NCBI GenBank assembly: GCA_963695875.1
Contig: CAVOID010000007.1
Coordinates: 110,877-174,876, forward strand
Origin: an uncultured delta proteobacterium
GTDB taxonomy: Bacteria > Desulfobacterota > Syntrophia > Syntrophales > UBA2185
DNA length: 64,000 nucleotides
Reading direction: 5' to 3'
Shown: positions 11,580 to 22,316 of the stretch, one piece after another
Layout: each line of letters starts with the position of its first letter
Numbering within the stretch: the first letter of the stretch is position 1
Notes under the pieces: generated by a model
Told to the model about the DNA's origin: nothing
Databases searched by the model: none
The model's input: only the letters and a program-made list of their open reading frames with translations
Made by a program: the position numbers and the translations under genes

Positions 11580-12521
11580 CTATTCCCCGTTCGTGACCGA
11601 TTCGTCACGGACTTTCTGTTTCAGCTTCCTGGCCACGCTCAGAACGGTGCTGGCATAGATGTCACTATGATTGTAAGCAAGGATTACCCGGTGCTGTTTC
11701 TTCGCACTGATGCCGCACCTCCAGCCGTGCGCGCTCAGATAGTTGGCCACACTATGAATGGCGTCCTGTTCTGAAAAGAGGTTGATGAGTCCGTCTTTGT
11801 CCGCATCGACACCATACTCAGAAACCTTCGAGGGCATAAACTGGCACAGTCCTATGGCCCCATAAAGTGAACCGGGAATACTTAGCGGGTCGATACCCCT
11901 TTCCGCGGAATACCTGAGCAGGGCTTTAAGCTCTTCATAAGCCCATTCGGCCTTTTGGCGGCAGCGCTGCTTCGCAAAATCCTCATTTTTCTTAGTAATC
12001 AGATCGGGCGCGAGATAGGGCCGGATGGATTCCAGATCGGAACTCGAAGCCATGCTTGCCAGCGTATTGAATGCGCCCCGGTCTCCCAGATTCCGGCCAA
12101 GCTCGGTTTCCACCAGCAGGATTGATACGACAATTTCTTTTGGAACACAGTATTCCTCACTTATTCTCTGCAAAGTCACACTATTTTTCTCTGCATAGGA
12201 GCGTGCCCCGGCAATGACATCGGGTCTTAAGAAGCGGGCATAGGCGATCCTTATCTTGCGGGCATAAGCAGAGTCATGTTTTTTGGAGCGATTTTTTATG
12301 AGTTCCTTCAGTTTACATGACATGACACCCGGATCGAATTGAACACCCGGCTCGGAAAAAAGTTTTCTTACCGTCTGTTCATCGAATTTATCAGCCACAA
12401 GGCGCTCAATAAGCGGTGTCCAGTCCGCACTAGCTGAAGCAGGAAAAATAAACAGAGCCGCAGAAAAAAGTAAAACCAGAATACGTGAGGATAAATGACA
12501 GGCCATCTCAAACCTCTTCAA
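11580..12521 (-). CDS. MltB-like lytic murein transglycosylase
   Basis: Signal peptide, ILLVETELG catalytic Glu, GSLYGAIGLCQFMPS, EF-hand-like DADKDG, SVANYL, YNHS. Confidence 0.88.
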   Translation of the reverse strand: MKRFEMACHLSSRILVLLFSAALFIFPASASADWTPLIERLVADKFDEQTVRKLFSEPGVQFDPGVMSCKLKELIKNRSKKHDSAYARKIRIAYARFLRPDVIAGARSYAEKNSVTLQRISEEYCVPKEIVVSILLVETELGRNLGDRGAFNTLASMASSSDLESIRPYLAPDLITKKNEDFAKQRCRQKAEWAYEELKALLRYSAERGIDPLSIPGSLYGAIGLCQFMPSKVSEYGVDADKDGLINLFSEQDAIHSVANYLSAHGWRCGISAKKQHRVILAYNHSDIYASTVLSVARKLKQKVRDESVTNGE

Positions 12522-12544
12522 ATGATTTATGGAAACCCACTTTC

Positions 12545-13396
12545 TTATATATTCGGTAATCTGGAGAAAATATTTAATGCATTTTTACCCAGGACATTTT
12601 CCAGATGTTTTTCGGGAACAATCCTTTCAATAAAATCAAGGTACGCATCAATAGGGGCGAGCGGCCAATCGCTGCCGAAAAGAATTTTATCCCAGCTTAT
12701 GGCATAAATAAGGGCATGGCGAAATTCATTGAGAACGAGGGGCTCGTTCCCCATCTCCTGAAAGTAAGTGCGGCTTCCCACCAGGAGCCCCGAAATATCT
12801 GTCCATACATTCGGGTTTTTCCGCACGATCTCTGCGGTGTCCTTTACCCACGGGTCTCCCAGGTGCGCAATGACAAAGATATTCCGCCGGTGCGTCACAG
12901 CCAGTTCGTCGATTGCGAGCGGATGGGAATACTTGAGCAGGCCCCGATCAGAGAAGGTATCCCCGCTGTGAATGACAACAGGAAGATTAAATTGAGCTGC
13001 CAGTTCATAGATCGGAGCATAAACCGGATCATTCACGGGGAAATGATAGTAGCCGGGATACATCTTGATTCCGACAGCCTTGGGATGCCGCAGCGCCTTT
13101 TCAATCTTTTCCAGGGACGTATTAGAAAGTTCATGAGGATTGATCCCCGGGCAGAAATAGAGCTCTTCAGGCCATGAGTCGGACATATCAAGCGTCATCG
13201 GATTCGGTGAAGCCGTGTCAGGAAATCCAAGGCGGGATGTTTCCTGAAGCCCCATTGCAACAGCCGCCCGGACATTATTGCGCGCCAACTCTGTCCGAAG
13301 ACCGGTAAATGAATAATCGCAGCCTGATTCTTTCTCAGCCGCTTCCTGGAAGCTTGCTATTTTTGAGAAATGGATATGCGCATCGATGATAAGCAT
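12545..13396 (-). CDS. Amidohydrolase family 2 protein
   Basis: IIDAHIH, GIKMYP, VIHSG, AHLG, ILFGSDWP. Confidence 0.85.
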   Translation of the reverse strand: MLIIDAHIHFSKIASFQEAAEKESGCDYSFTGLRTELARNNVRAAVAMGLQETSRLGFPDTASPNPMTLDMSDSWPEELYFCPGINPHELSNTSLEKIEKALRHPKAVGIKMYPGYYHFPVNDPVYAPIYELAAQFNLPVVIHSGDTFSDRGLLKYSHPLAIDELAVTHRRNIFVIAHLGDPWVKDTAEIVRKNPNVWTDISGLLVGSRTYFQEMGNEPLVLNEFRHALIYAISWDKILFGSDWPLAPIDAYLDFIERIVPEKHLENVLGKNALNIFSRLPNI

Positions 13397-13633
13397 TGTA
13401 TGAAATCGTATAAGAGAAATATGTTTGTATGTCAATCAGAAATGGTCAAAAAAGCTATTGTATATAGATAAGGAATTGGCGGGGGCCTTCCACCTATGGC
13501 GGAAGGTTAAATGTTACACTATAAAAGCCAAGAAGAACTGCAAGAAAGCTGTGGAAGAACCGGAAAAGACGTGTTAAGGAAGAGACCCGAATAAACCTAT
13601 CCTACTTACAGCGGAAATAATACCTGATAACTT

Positions 13634-15298
13634 ATGGACTGGATCAAAAATAAAAAAATTATCTTTTTTGTCATACCATTCATAATTTATGTAGCGCTCC
13701 TGGCAGTTATGCCCTTAATGGAGCCGGATGAGGGACGCTACAGTACCATCCCCAGCGAAATGAATCATACCGGAGATTATGTAACACCCCATTTAAAGGG
13801 AACGGTCTATCTGGAAAAGCCGCCTTTGTGCTACTGGGCGACGGCTCTGGCATTTAAAATCTTCGGAGAGAATGAATTCTCTTCCAGGTTGTTTACCGCA
13901 GTATGTGCCTGGGGATGCATCCTCCTCGTTTATTCCATAGGAACTTTTTTTCATGACTCAAAAACAGGGTTTTACGCGGCCGCTGTTCTGACGACATCCC
14001 TGTACCATTTCGCTATCGGAAGGATTAATATCCTGGATATGCCTTTGGCGTTCTTTGTCTGTCTTGCCATATGGTTTGGATATAGATATTTTTCGGGAGG
14101 CGAATATGCAAAGAAGAGGATTTATCTTTTTTATCTTTCCTGCGCTCTCGCTTTTCTGACAAAAGGACTGATCGGTATAGTCTTTCCTTTTGCCGTTATT
14201 GTGATATGGCTTTTGTTCTCCAAAAAGTGGCGTGATATATTCAGACTTTTCTCGCCTGTAGGAATTTTAATCTTCCTGGCCGTTGCCGGGCCCTGGTTGA
14301 TTCTTGTTCAAAGGGCTAACAAAGACTTCTTCTGGTTTTTCTTTGTCCAGGAGCATTTCCTCAGATATACAACAACCATGCACTCCAGAAACGAGCCATT
14401 TTATTTTTATATCCCGATAATAATTGCGGGTACAATGCCCTGGTGCGCATTTCTGTTGAGAGCCGTAAAAGAAAGTGGAATAAGAATAATCTCTCTTTTT
14501 GATTTCACGGAAAAGGTTTTTTTACTCACATGGGCAGGCTTTATTTTTCTCTTCTTTTCCATTTCCTCATCCAAGCTTATTCCCTACATCGCCCCTGTTT
14601 TCCTGCCGCTGGCGGTCTTCTTGGGTCACATTTTCAGGGTCCATGACGATGACTGGGAGCGGAATCTTAACAAGAGCCGGCCATCAGGAATTCTCTATCA
14701 TCTGCCAGCGGTCGTGCAATCGATATTATTCATTGCGGGGCTTCTCATCCCGTCCTTTCTTAATGAACACAGCATACCTTTTCGGGCGTGGTGGCCATGG
14801 GTGATCGTTCCTATTTTATTGGTGATCGCGATGATGACTTTACCTGATATCGTCAGGAAAAAATGGGGCAGAGGCTGGTTTATGACAATTTATGCAATCT
14901 CGTTCCTTTTTTTGAGTTTGCTGGTATTCCCCATGGCCCAATTCATGACACCTTATAAATCCGCCTATCCGGTTGCCAAAATCGTAAAGGATTACGTTCC
15001 CGCCGGTAAGGAGCTTTATCAGTATGGGATGTCGCTTTACGGTATTGATTTTTATACGGGGACGAGAACACCCGTTGTGGATGACATCGGTGAATTGCGG
15101 CCTGGTGTGGAAAAACTGCCCCCGGAAGAACGGGCTCATTATTTCCTCACTTCTGATGAGTTTTTCAGACGTTATCAGGAAAAGAAAGAAATCTTCTGCG
15201 TGACGGAACGTGAAAATGTGGAAAAGCTGAGAAAAAAGGTAAACTTTTTGAATATTCTGTGGAATAATGATAGTTATTACCTACTACACCTCAAATAG
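13634..15298 (+). CDS. arnT: 4-amino-4-deoxy-L-arabinose transferase (GT83, ArnT)
   Basis: PDEGRY, YLEKPPL, LTKG, SKLIPYI, many TM segments; first gene of the arn cluster. Confidence 0.88.
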   Translation: MDWIKNKKIIFFVIPFIIYVALLAVMPLMEPDEGRYSTIPSEMNHTGDYVTPHLKGTVYLEKPPLCYWATALAFKIFGENEFSSRLFTAVCAWGCILLVYSIGTFFHDSKTGFYAAAVLTTSLYHFAIGRINILDMPLAFFVCLAIWFGYRYFSGGEYAKKRIYLFYLSCALAFLTKGLIGIVFPFAVIVIWLLFSKKWRDIFRLFSPVGILIFLAVAGPWLILVQRANKDFFWFFFVQEHFLRYTTTMHSRNEPFYFYIPIIIAGTMPWCAFLLRAVKESGIRIISLFDFTEKVFLLTWAGFIFLFFSISSSKLIPYIAPVFLPLAVFLGHIFRVHDDDWERNLNKSRPSGILYHLPAVVQSILFIAGLLIPSFLNEHSIPFRAWWPWVIVPILLVIAMMTLPDIVRKKWGRGWFMTIYAISFLFLSLLVFPMAQFMTPYKSAYPVAKIVKDYVPAGKELYQYGMSLYGIDFYTGTRTPVVDDIGELRPGVEKLPPEERAHYFLTSDEFFRRYQEKKEIFCVTERENVEKLRKKVNFLNILWNNDSYYLLHLK

Positions 15299-15312
15299 AT
15301 AAAAAGCATGAT

Positions 15313-16461
15313 ATGAAGATCAGAGAAGAATTCTTACCGCTGTCGAGGCCGTCTATTAGCGATAGAGAGATTGAAGGCGTTGTTGAATGTCTGAAATCCG
15401 GATGGATTACCACCGGCCCCGTCTGTAAGTCATTTGAAAATAAATTCTGTGAATTGACGGGGGCGTTCCATGCGATATCCCTGACTTCCGCCACGGCCGG
15501 GATGCACCTTGTGCTTCTTGCCCTGGGCGTCGGCGAAGGTGATGAGATCATAACACCCTCCATGACATTCGCCTCCACGATTAATATGATTGCCATGCTT
15601 AAAGCGGAACCGGTTTTTGTTGATATCCACTATGACACCTTAAACATAAATGCAGATAAGATAGAGGGAAAAATCAGCCGCAAAACTAAGGCCATTATAC
15701 CGGTTCATTTTGCCGGCGCGCCTGTCGATATGGACGGGATTATTGAAATTGCGAAACGACACCGTCTTGCCATTATTGAGGATGCAGCCCATGCCGTCGG
15801 TACGTATTATAAAGGCATCCATGCGGGGGGATTCGGACAGATCGCCATTTTTTCTTTTCATCCGATAAAGAATATTACCAGCGGTGAGGGTGGTATGATA
15901 ACGCACAGTGATGAAAAACTGGAAAATCAGTTAAGACTTTTAAGATTTCATGGTATTGAAAGAGATGCATGGAAGCGTTACGGGAAAGGGGGAAACCCGG
16001 AGTATGATATTCATCGGCCGGGGTTCAAGTACAATCTGACGGATATACAGGCGGCCCTAGGGCTTGCCCAGTTGTCAAGACTGGATGAGATCAATCATCG
16101 CAGAAGTGAAATCGCCGGATTGTACATGGAAGGGCTGAAAGGTGCAGAAGGTCTTGAATTGCCCGGAGTACCGGATTATCCGCATGTTCATGCGTGGCAC
16201 CTGTTTATCGTTAAGATTCTGTCCATGGATCGGGGCAACTTTATGGAAAAACTCTCTCAGTACAATATCGGCTATGGTCTTCATTTCCCGGCCTGTCACC
16301 TTTTAAGTTATGTCAAAAAACAGTTTGCAACCGGCATGGGGATGCTTCCCGAAACGGAGCGCGCCGCGGATAAGATCATTTCCCTTCCGCTTTTTCCTGA
16401 CATGAAGAATGATGATGTTTTCTATGTTTGCGAGGCGATAAGGGAGATATTAAAAGGTTAG
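15313..16461 (+). CDS. arnB: UDP-4-amino-4-deoxy-L-arabinose aminotransferase
   Basis: SGWITTGP, SATAGMH, EDAAHA, FSFHPIKNIT-GEGG (PLP Lys), PGFKYNLTDI. Confidence 0.9.
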   Translation: MKIREEFLPLSRPSISDREIEGVVECLKSGWITTGPVCKSFENKFCELTGAFHAISLTSATAGMHLVLLALGVGEGDEIITPSMTFASTINMIAMLKAEPVFVDIHYDTLNINADKIEGKISRKTKAIIPVHFAGAPVDMDGIIEIAKRHRLAIIEDAAHAVGTYYKGIHAGGFGQIAIFSFHPIKNITSGEGGMITHSDEKLENQLRLLRFHGIERDAWKRYGKGGNPEYDIHRPGFKYNLTDIQAALGLAQLSRLDEINHRRSEIAGLYMEGLKGAEGLELPGVPDYPHVHAWHLFIVKILSMDRGNFMEKLSQYNIGYGLHFPACHLLSYVKKQFATGMGMLPETERAADKIISLPLFPDMKNDDVFYVCEAIREILKG

Positions 16462-16519
16462 TTGCCGCGGAACTGAGTTTGGCACGGCTGATTCATTCAA
16501 AAAGAATAGAGGTTATTTC

Positions 16520-17479
16520 ATGATTTCACAATCAATGATTTCTCTGGTCATCCCTGTTTATAATGAAGAAGAGAACCTGAACAAATTGATGGAACGTATT
16601 CGGCCGGTCATGCAAAGCATGGACAGGCCTTATGAGATAATTTTAATAGATGACGGCAGCCGGGATAGTTCCCTTTCCATATTAAGAAGTCTCACAAAAT
16701 ACCCCGAGGTCAGAGTTGTAGAACTTGTCAGAAACTATGGGCAACATGCGGCAATCCTTGCCGGCTTTTCTATAGTCAGAGGCGATATTGTTATCACGTT
16801 GGATGCCGATCTGCAAAACCCTCCCGAAGAGATACCGAAGCTTGTGAAAGAGATGGAAGCCGGCAGCTATGACGTGGTGGGTACAATAAGAAAAGGCCGT
16901 AAGGATTCCTTATTAAGGATAATACCGTCAAAGATCATTAATATAATCACGCGAAGAATAACTAAGGTCAGGATGACCGACTGGGGATGCATGCTGCGGG
17001 CTTATCGACGCCCCGTGGTCGAGCGCATGATCGCCTGTCACGAGCACGCAACGTTTATCCCGGCGCTGGCTACTTATTTGGGAAAGCGGGTGACGGAAAT
17101 TGAGGTTGCCCACGAAGAGAGAGCCGGAGGAACATCGAACTATCCCTTACGCAAGCTTATCAATCTTCAGTTCGACCTTGTTTCATCATTTTCCGATCTG
17201 CCCATGAAGCTCATCATGTACGGGGGCATTTGGATGGCGATCGGAGGCGTTTGCTTCGGTATCTTCCTTGTGGTTGCCAGACTCGTCTATGGAGCTCTGT
17301 GGGCTGCCCAGGGTGTTTTTACACTCTTTGCGATTTTGTTTGTCTTTATGGGTCTTCAGTTTTTTGCCTTCGGCATTCTCGGGGAATACATCGGCCGGAT
17401 TTACAGGGAAGTAAGAAAGAGGCCGGCGTATGTTATTGAAAAGGTACATTCATCGGAGAATGCCGGAGACAATCCGTGA
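16520..17479 (+). CDS. arnC: Undecaprenyl-phosphate L-Ara4FN transferase (GT2)
   Basis: VIPVYNEE, DDGS, RNYGQHAA, DADLQNPPEEIP, two C-terminal TM helices, GEYIGRIY. Confidence 0.9.
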   Translation: MISQSMISLVIPVYNEEENLNKLMERIRPVMQSMDRPYEIILIDDGSRDSSLSILRSLTKYPEVRVVELVRNYGQHAAILAGFSIVRGDIVITLDADLQNPPEEIPKLVKEMEAGSYDVVGTIRKGRKDSLLRIIPSKIINIITRRITKVRMTDWGCMLRAYRRPVVERMIACHEHATFIPALATYLGKRVTEIEVAHEERAGGTSNYPLRKLINLQFDLVSSFSDLPMKLIMYGGIWMAIGGVCFGIFLVVARLVYGALWAAQGVFTLFAILFVFMGLQFFAFGILGEYIGRIYREVRKRPAYVIEKVHSSENAGDNP

Positions 17480-18402
17480 AGGCTGTTGTATTTGCCTATC
17501 ACAATATGGGTGTTGCCGGACTTGAGGCCCTAAGACACGCGGGCTTTAACATCACAGCCATTTTTTCCCATGAGGATGATCCCGGAGAAAATGTCTGGTT
17601 TGATTCGGTCACAGAATGGGCGAAGAAAAATGAGATCGAGGTATTCTGCCCCGATGATGTAAACAAACCGGAATGGATTCAGAAAATTTCTCGTCTGTCT
17701 CCCGATATTATTTTTTCCTTCTATTACCGGCATATGATAAGTAAGGAGATCTTAGGTATACCGCCATCAGGGGCATACAATCTCCATGGATCACTTCTGC
17801 CCGCCTACCGGGGAAGGGTCCCGGTAAACTGGGTTCTTGTGAATGGTGAGAAGCAGACAGGAGTCACACTCCATCACATGATCGACAAACCGGACGCAGG
17901 CGATATCGTCGGGCAGAAAGCCGTTGACATAGATTTTAGCGATACAGCACGTACACTTTATGACAAGCTCTGCAAAGCTGCCGGGAAATTGCTTGAGGAA
18001 ATCCTTCCACTCATGAGGGAGGGTAAAGCCCCGCGGATCCCGCAGGATCTGACGAAGGGAAGCTATTTTGGCGGTCGCAGGCCGGAAGATGGACGTATTG
18101 ACTGGAGATGGCCGGCAGTACGCATCTATAATCTCATCCGAGCGGTGACTGAGCCCTATCCGGGTGCTTTTGCTTTCTTGCCCGGAGACGAAAAGATTAT
18201 GATCTGGTGGGCTGTTCCTAGAAGATAGGGGCGGCAGCGAATCATCTTCCAGGACAGATAGAGGTTGAGTCCGGCAGTGTTTTGGTCGGAACGGGTCAGG
18301 GACGACATAAGGCTTCTGGACATCGAAGTGGCCGGAGCAAGAATGAAAAATGACCTGATATTTAATTATTTTAAGAGCAAGAAAGGGTTAGTCTTGATAT
18401 GA
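17476..18402 (+). CDS. UDP-L-Ara4N formyltransferase (stand-alone ArnA N-terminal domain; frameshifts after 18220)
   Basis: MKAVVFAYHNMG, FSFYYR, NLHGSLLPAYRG, DAGDIV, PYPGAF; ends in an ATGA overlap with the next gene. Confidence 0.85.
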
Positions 18403-19416
18403 AGATTTTGATTCTTGGGGTAAATGGATTTATCGGTCATCATCTGACCAATCGGATACTCGCTCAGACGGACTGGACCGTTTATCGGTATGGACCTTTC
18501 CGATGACCGCCTCGGTAATGCAGTGAACAACACCCGTTTCCATTTTCTTGAAGGTGATATATCGATCAATAAGGAATGGATCGAGTATCACGTAAAGAAA
18601 TGCGACGTCGTCTTGCCCCTTGTGGCCATCGCCACACCCAAACTCTATGTCGAAGACCCCATCGGCGTCTATAACCTGGATTTTGAGATGAATCTCGGCG
18701 TCATCAAGCAGTGTGTGAAATATCATAAACGGGTGGTATTCCCATCCACATCGGAGGTCTACGGGGCATGTACCGATCAGGAATTCAAAGAGGATGAGAG
18801 CTTCCTGGTTGTCGGACCGATTCAAAAAGAGCGTTGGATATATTCTTGCTGTAAGCAGCTTTTGGATCGTGTCATCTATGCCTATGGCACGCGGGGACAC
18901 CTCGAATTCACCCTGTTTAGACCCTTCAACTGGGTTGGACCCAGACTGGATTCCTTGTATGCGGCAAAAGAAGGCAGTTCCAGGGTTGTCACACAATTTA
19001 TTGCCGAACTGCTCATGAAACGGTCTATTTCCCTTGTTGACGGCGGTCATCAGAAGCGATGTTTCACGTACGTGGATGACGGCATCTCCGCGTTGATGAA
19101 AATCCTGGAAAACAAAAATGATATATGCAGGAATGAGATTATCAATATCGGCAATCCGTATAATGAGTGTTCCGTGAAGGAACTGGCGCATATTCTAAAA
19201 AAGCTCTTTATGGAACATCCGGATCACAGGCATGATCGCGAATATTCTGAAATTATTGAAACATCTTCTGAATCCTACTATGGCAAAGGCTATCAGGATA
19301 TTTATTCGAGAAATCCAAGTATTGAGAAGGCAAGAGCGCTGCTCAATTGGGAACCGGAGATAGGCCTGGAGGATGCCCTCAGGATGACACTGCATTCTTT
19401 TCTGGAGGAAAACTGA
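18399..19416 (+). CDS. UDP-glucuronate dehydrogenase/decarboxylase (stand-alone ArnA C-terminal domain; frameshift near 18485)
   Basis: MKILILGVNGFIGHHL, PLVAIATP, FPSTSEVYG, RWIYSCCKQ, FRPFNWVGPRLD. Confidence 0.9.
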
Positions 19417-19417
19417 G

Positions 19418-20290
19418 GTGTCGTCTGATGCAAAAAAGGTTTTGGGGATAAAGATTGACGTTGATACTTACATGGGTATGAAAAATGGTGTACCCCGTCT
19501 TCTTGACATCCTTAAAAAATTTGATGTTAAAGGAACTTTTTTCCTGAGTGTTGGTCCCGATGCCTCCGGCAGGGCTATCCTTCAGCTCATCAAAAATCCC
19601 CTCTTTCTGAAAAAGATGATCAGGACGAATGCCGTCGGTCTCTATGGCATGAAGACGGCCCTTTACGGGACTCTCCTTCCTTCGCCAATGATTGCCCTTT
19701 CATTTCCGGAAATCATCCGGCAGATTCGGTCCGAAGGTCATGAGATTCAATTTCATGCCTGGGATCACCGGCGCTGGCAGGATGAATTGCACATCAGATC
19801 GACGCAGTGGATAAAAGATTGGTTCGAAAAAGGTATCCAGGCATTCACAAAACTGACCGGTAACACACCCTCGGCATTTGGAGCACCGGCCTGGCTAATT
19901 GATGATCGGGTTATGGATATTCTAGAAGATTACCGGTTTGATTATCTGAGCTGCACACGGGCCCCAAAACCGTTCACACATGAGAAAATAGGTCTTATGG
20001 AAATACCATCGGACCTCCCGTGTTTCGAGGAAGTTGGAGTTCATGACGGCATATCAACCATAACCTATAATCTCAAAGACGAAGAGATCCATGTGCTGCC
20101 TGTCCATGCCGAGGTCGAAGGAGGCATCTGGAGCATGCACTTCATACAGTTGCTTGAACAAGTCAAAATGATAAATTACCGTATAACAACCCTTTCAGAA
20201 ATAAAAGGACTCATTCCGACAGAGAAGTTGACCGTACGAAAGTATAAAATGGAATTGCTGCCCGGACGTTCTGTCCCATGCGCGGTCTGA
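19418..20290 (+). CDS. arnD: L-Ara4FN deformylase (ArnD, polysaccharide deacetylase fold)
   Basis: IKIDVDT, FFLSVGPD, HAWDH, PVHAEVEG. Confidence 0.85.
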   Translation: MSSDAKKVLGIKIDVDTYMGMKNGVPRLLDILKKFDVKGTFFLSVGPDASGRAILQLIKNPLFLKKMIRTNAVGLYGMKTALYGTLLPSPMIALSFPEIIRQIRSEGHEIQFHAWDHRRWQDELHIRSTQWIKDWFEKGIQAFTKLTGNTPSAFGAPAWLIDDRVMDILEDYRFDYLSCTRAPKPFTHEKIGLMEIPSDLPCFEEVGVHDGISTITYNLKDEEIHVLPVHAEVEGGIWSMHFIQLLEQVKMINYRITTLSEIKGLIPTEKLTVRKYKMELLPGRSVPCAV

Positions 20291-20326
20291 TCGAAAGAAA
20301 TCCTGATTGGAGATTACGGCTCGATT

Positions 20327-22084
20327 CTATTTACCATAATTTGGAATCGGTGCGTTGACGACAGGACGTTTGTTTTGCATTTTGGACCTGTGCTTCATGG
20401 CCTGCGCTTCTTCCAGTGCTTTGGCTGCCTCGTTTTTTTCATAGACAAAACAGGGTTCGTAGGCCCATCCTTTAGCCAGTCTTTCTTCCTCTCTCTTCAG
20501 GGCAAAAAAGGCAAACCTGCCGAAAAGCGGCGCTATGAGCCTTGTTTTCCATCCAAGTGTAGCATAGATATCCTTCAGTAGTTTGTCCGCCTTTTCGGCG
20601 ATAGGCTTATCGTTGCGATACCACTTCCTTGTGGCCCAAACGGCGCCGGCATACGTTGAGTGTAAAGGAAAAACCTCCCAGGCAAAACGCTCCCTCACGC
20701 GCTGGGTATCATCCTTATACATCTGCCATCCGTTCAACAGCACCCGTATCAAGCGAAGCAAACTGGGGCCGTTGAATTTGAAGTCACGCCAAAACGCCTC
20801 CAAAATATATTTTTCTTCCTGCCCGTCCTTAATATGCTGATGACGGTAATTGAAGCGATATTGTCCGTGGGAATCTGCATCGGAGAATTCCGATTCCGGT
20901 AATAGCGTTCCTTCCTGCTTGTGCCTTTCATACAGGGGTGTTCCTGAAATGGGCGTATAAAGCATAAACTGGTGAAAAACAGTTTCATGCCCGACGGCAT
21001 AATCGATGATGGCGTCCATATTTTCAGGTCTGTGGTCTTCGAGACCGATGATTGACGATCCCAGCACACGGATACCGTGAGACTGCAAGAGCCTCACCAG
21101 GGCTTGCGTATTAACGCCATTGAGCTTATTGTAGCTGCTGCTTTCCCCTTCCAGACCCATCCAGACCCAGCCAATGCCGAGTCCCACCAGTTGGTCAATC
21201 GTATAGGATTGCAGAACCCGTGCGGAGCTGAATACGAATATTGCCCAACTCTTGTTGTTGGCCTCCATCAGTTCGAGGAGCCGCAAAGCTCTTTTCTTGT
21301 GGAGGAGAAAATTTTCGTCCAGAGTAAAAAAGGATCGGACTTTGAGCTTCTTTTCAATTTCGCACATGACTGCAAAAAGTTCATCCCCTGTTTCATAGAA
21401 ATTAATGGAATGCCCTTTACCGCCGAATAGCGCCGATGTTGAGCAGAAGTTGCAACCAACTGGGCAACCGACGGAGGGGATCAGGATCGCCGCGGTGCGG
21501 CCGGGTTTGCTGCCAAGACTGACGCCCATGACCCTGGTTCCAAACCCTGATATGGCCATCGGGTGTTTGATGGGCGCCTTGTCATCCTGTCCGAGATATC
21601 GCTGAAACCACCGGACGCCTTCGCCACGGACAATAAGGTCCGCATCAATTATCCGATCAATCCCTTCTTTGTTGGTGACATGTCCGCCGATAACAATCGT
21701 AGCAGTGGGCTGATGCTGCCGAATCAGCTCACACATCTTCTTCACCTTACCGATATTGGGAATGATTGCGCTGATGCCGATGACATCGTAGGCACAATGA
21801 CGAATTTCATCCGTAAAACGTTCAAGGGTAGGGAAATCAAGCACTGTACATGGGGCTTCGAGATTGGCATGAATCATCAGCAGGCCGAAGGTGCGATGAA
21901 ACATACGCAGAGAAAACCCTCCCTGGACACGGGTTACTTGATTCTGATATAGCTCCATAGGATTTATCTTACGGCTCCCGTAGTCGTCATCCTGGGCATA
22001 GGGACCGAAAACACTGGTAAGCAGAATACGGGCGTGGGTGCCGAGAGGGTGAACCGGGTGGGTTTGTTGAGAACGATTGAGCAT
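20327..22084 (-). CDS. B12-binding radical SAM protein
   Basis: B12-binding domain (YDVIGIS ... IVIGGH ... GEG) followed by GCPVGCNFC (CX3CX2C), DENF, MGLE; GAGGAG RBS. Confidence 0.85.
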   Translation of the reverse strand: MLNRSQQTHPVHPLGTHARILLTSVFGPYAQDDDYGSRKINPMELYQNQVTRVQGGFSLRMFHRTFGLLMIHANLEAPCTVLDFPTLERFTDEIRHCAYDVIGISAIIPNIGKVKKMCELIRQHQPTATIVIGGHVTNKEGIDRIIDADLIVRGEGVRWFQRYLGQDDKAPIKHPMAISGFGTRVMGVSLGSKPGRTAAILIPSVGCPVGCNFCSTSALFGGKGHSINFYETGDELFAVMCEIEKKLKVRSFFTLDENFLLHKKRALRLLELMEANNKSWAIFVFSSARVLQSYTIDQLVGLGIGWVWMGLEGESSSYNKLNGVNTQALVRLLQSHGIRVLGSSIIGLEDHRPENMDAIIDYAVGHETVFHQFMLYTPISGTPLYERHKQEGTLLPESEFSDADSHGQYRFNYRHQHIKDGQEEKYILEAFWRDFKFNGPSLLRLIRVLLNGWQMYKDDTQRVRERFAWEVFPLHSTYAGAVWATRKWYRNDKPIAEKADKLLKDIYATLGWKTRLIAPLFGRFAFFALKREEERLAKGWAYEPCFVYEKNEAAKALEEAQAMKHRSKMQNKRPVVNAPIPNYGK

Positions 22085-22143
22085 GTCTTTTACTCCTCTA
22101 TAATGGGATAAAATATTTGAGACCTTTGAAAAATTGCTCTTCG

Positions 22144-22233
22144 TGTCATTGCGATGAGTGAAACGACGTGGCAATCTTATCTCTCGTCATTCGAATGTGA
22201 TGACTCTCTGAGATCCTTACTGTCGAAATGTCA
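22144..22233. repeat. Degenerate TGTCATT...AATGTCA palindromic element
   Basis: tgtcattgcga ... gcaatct ... agatcct ... cgaaatgtca; same layout as 7073..7191. Confidence 0.5.
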
Positions 22234-22316
22234 AAGCGGAAGTTATTCAGAGTTCTCTAATCTAATGGAGGGCAGCTTAGGAAATATTCTTAGAGAAAGA
22301 TAGTTATAAGTAGGTG

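Noticed and set aside
13511..13594. 27-codon ORF and hairpin upstream of arnT as a leader peptide
   Set aside because: No informative codon run, no terminator/antiterminator pair, no homology I can recognise.
16479..16496. Sigma54-like TTGGCACG between arnB and arnC
   Set aside because: No GC at -12 (TTCA) and it lies inside an operon.
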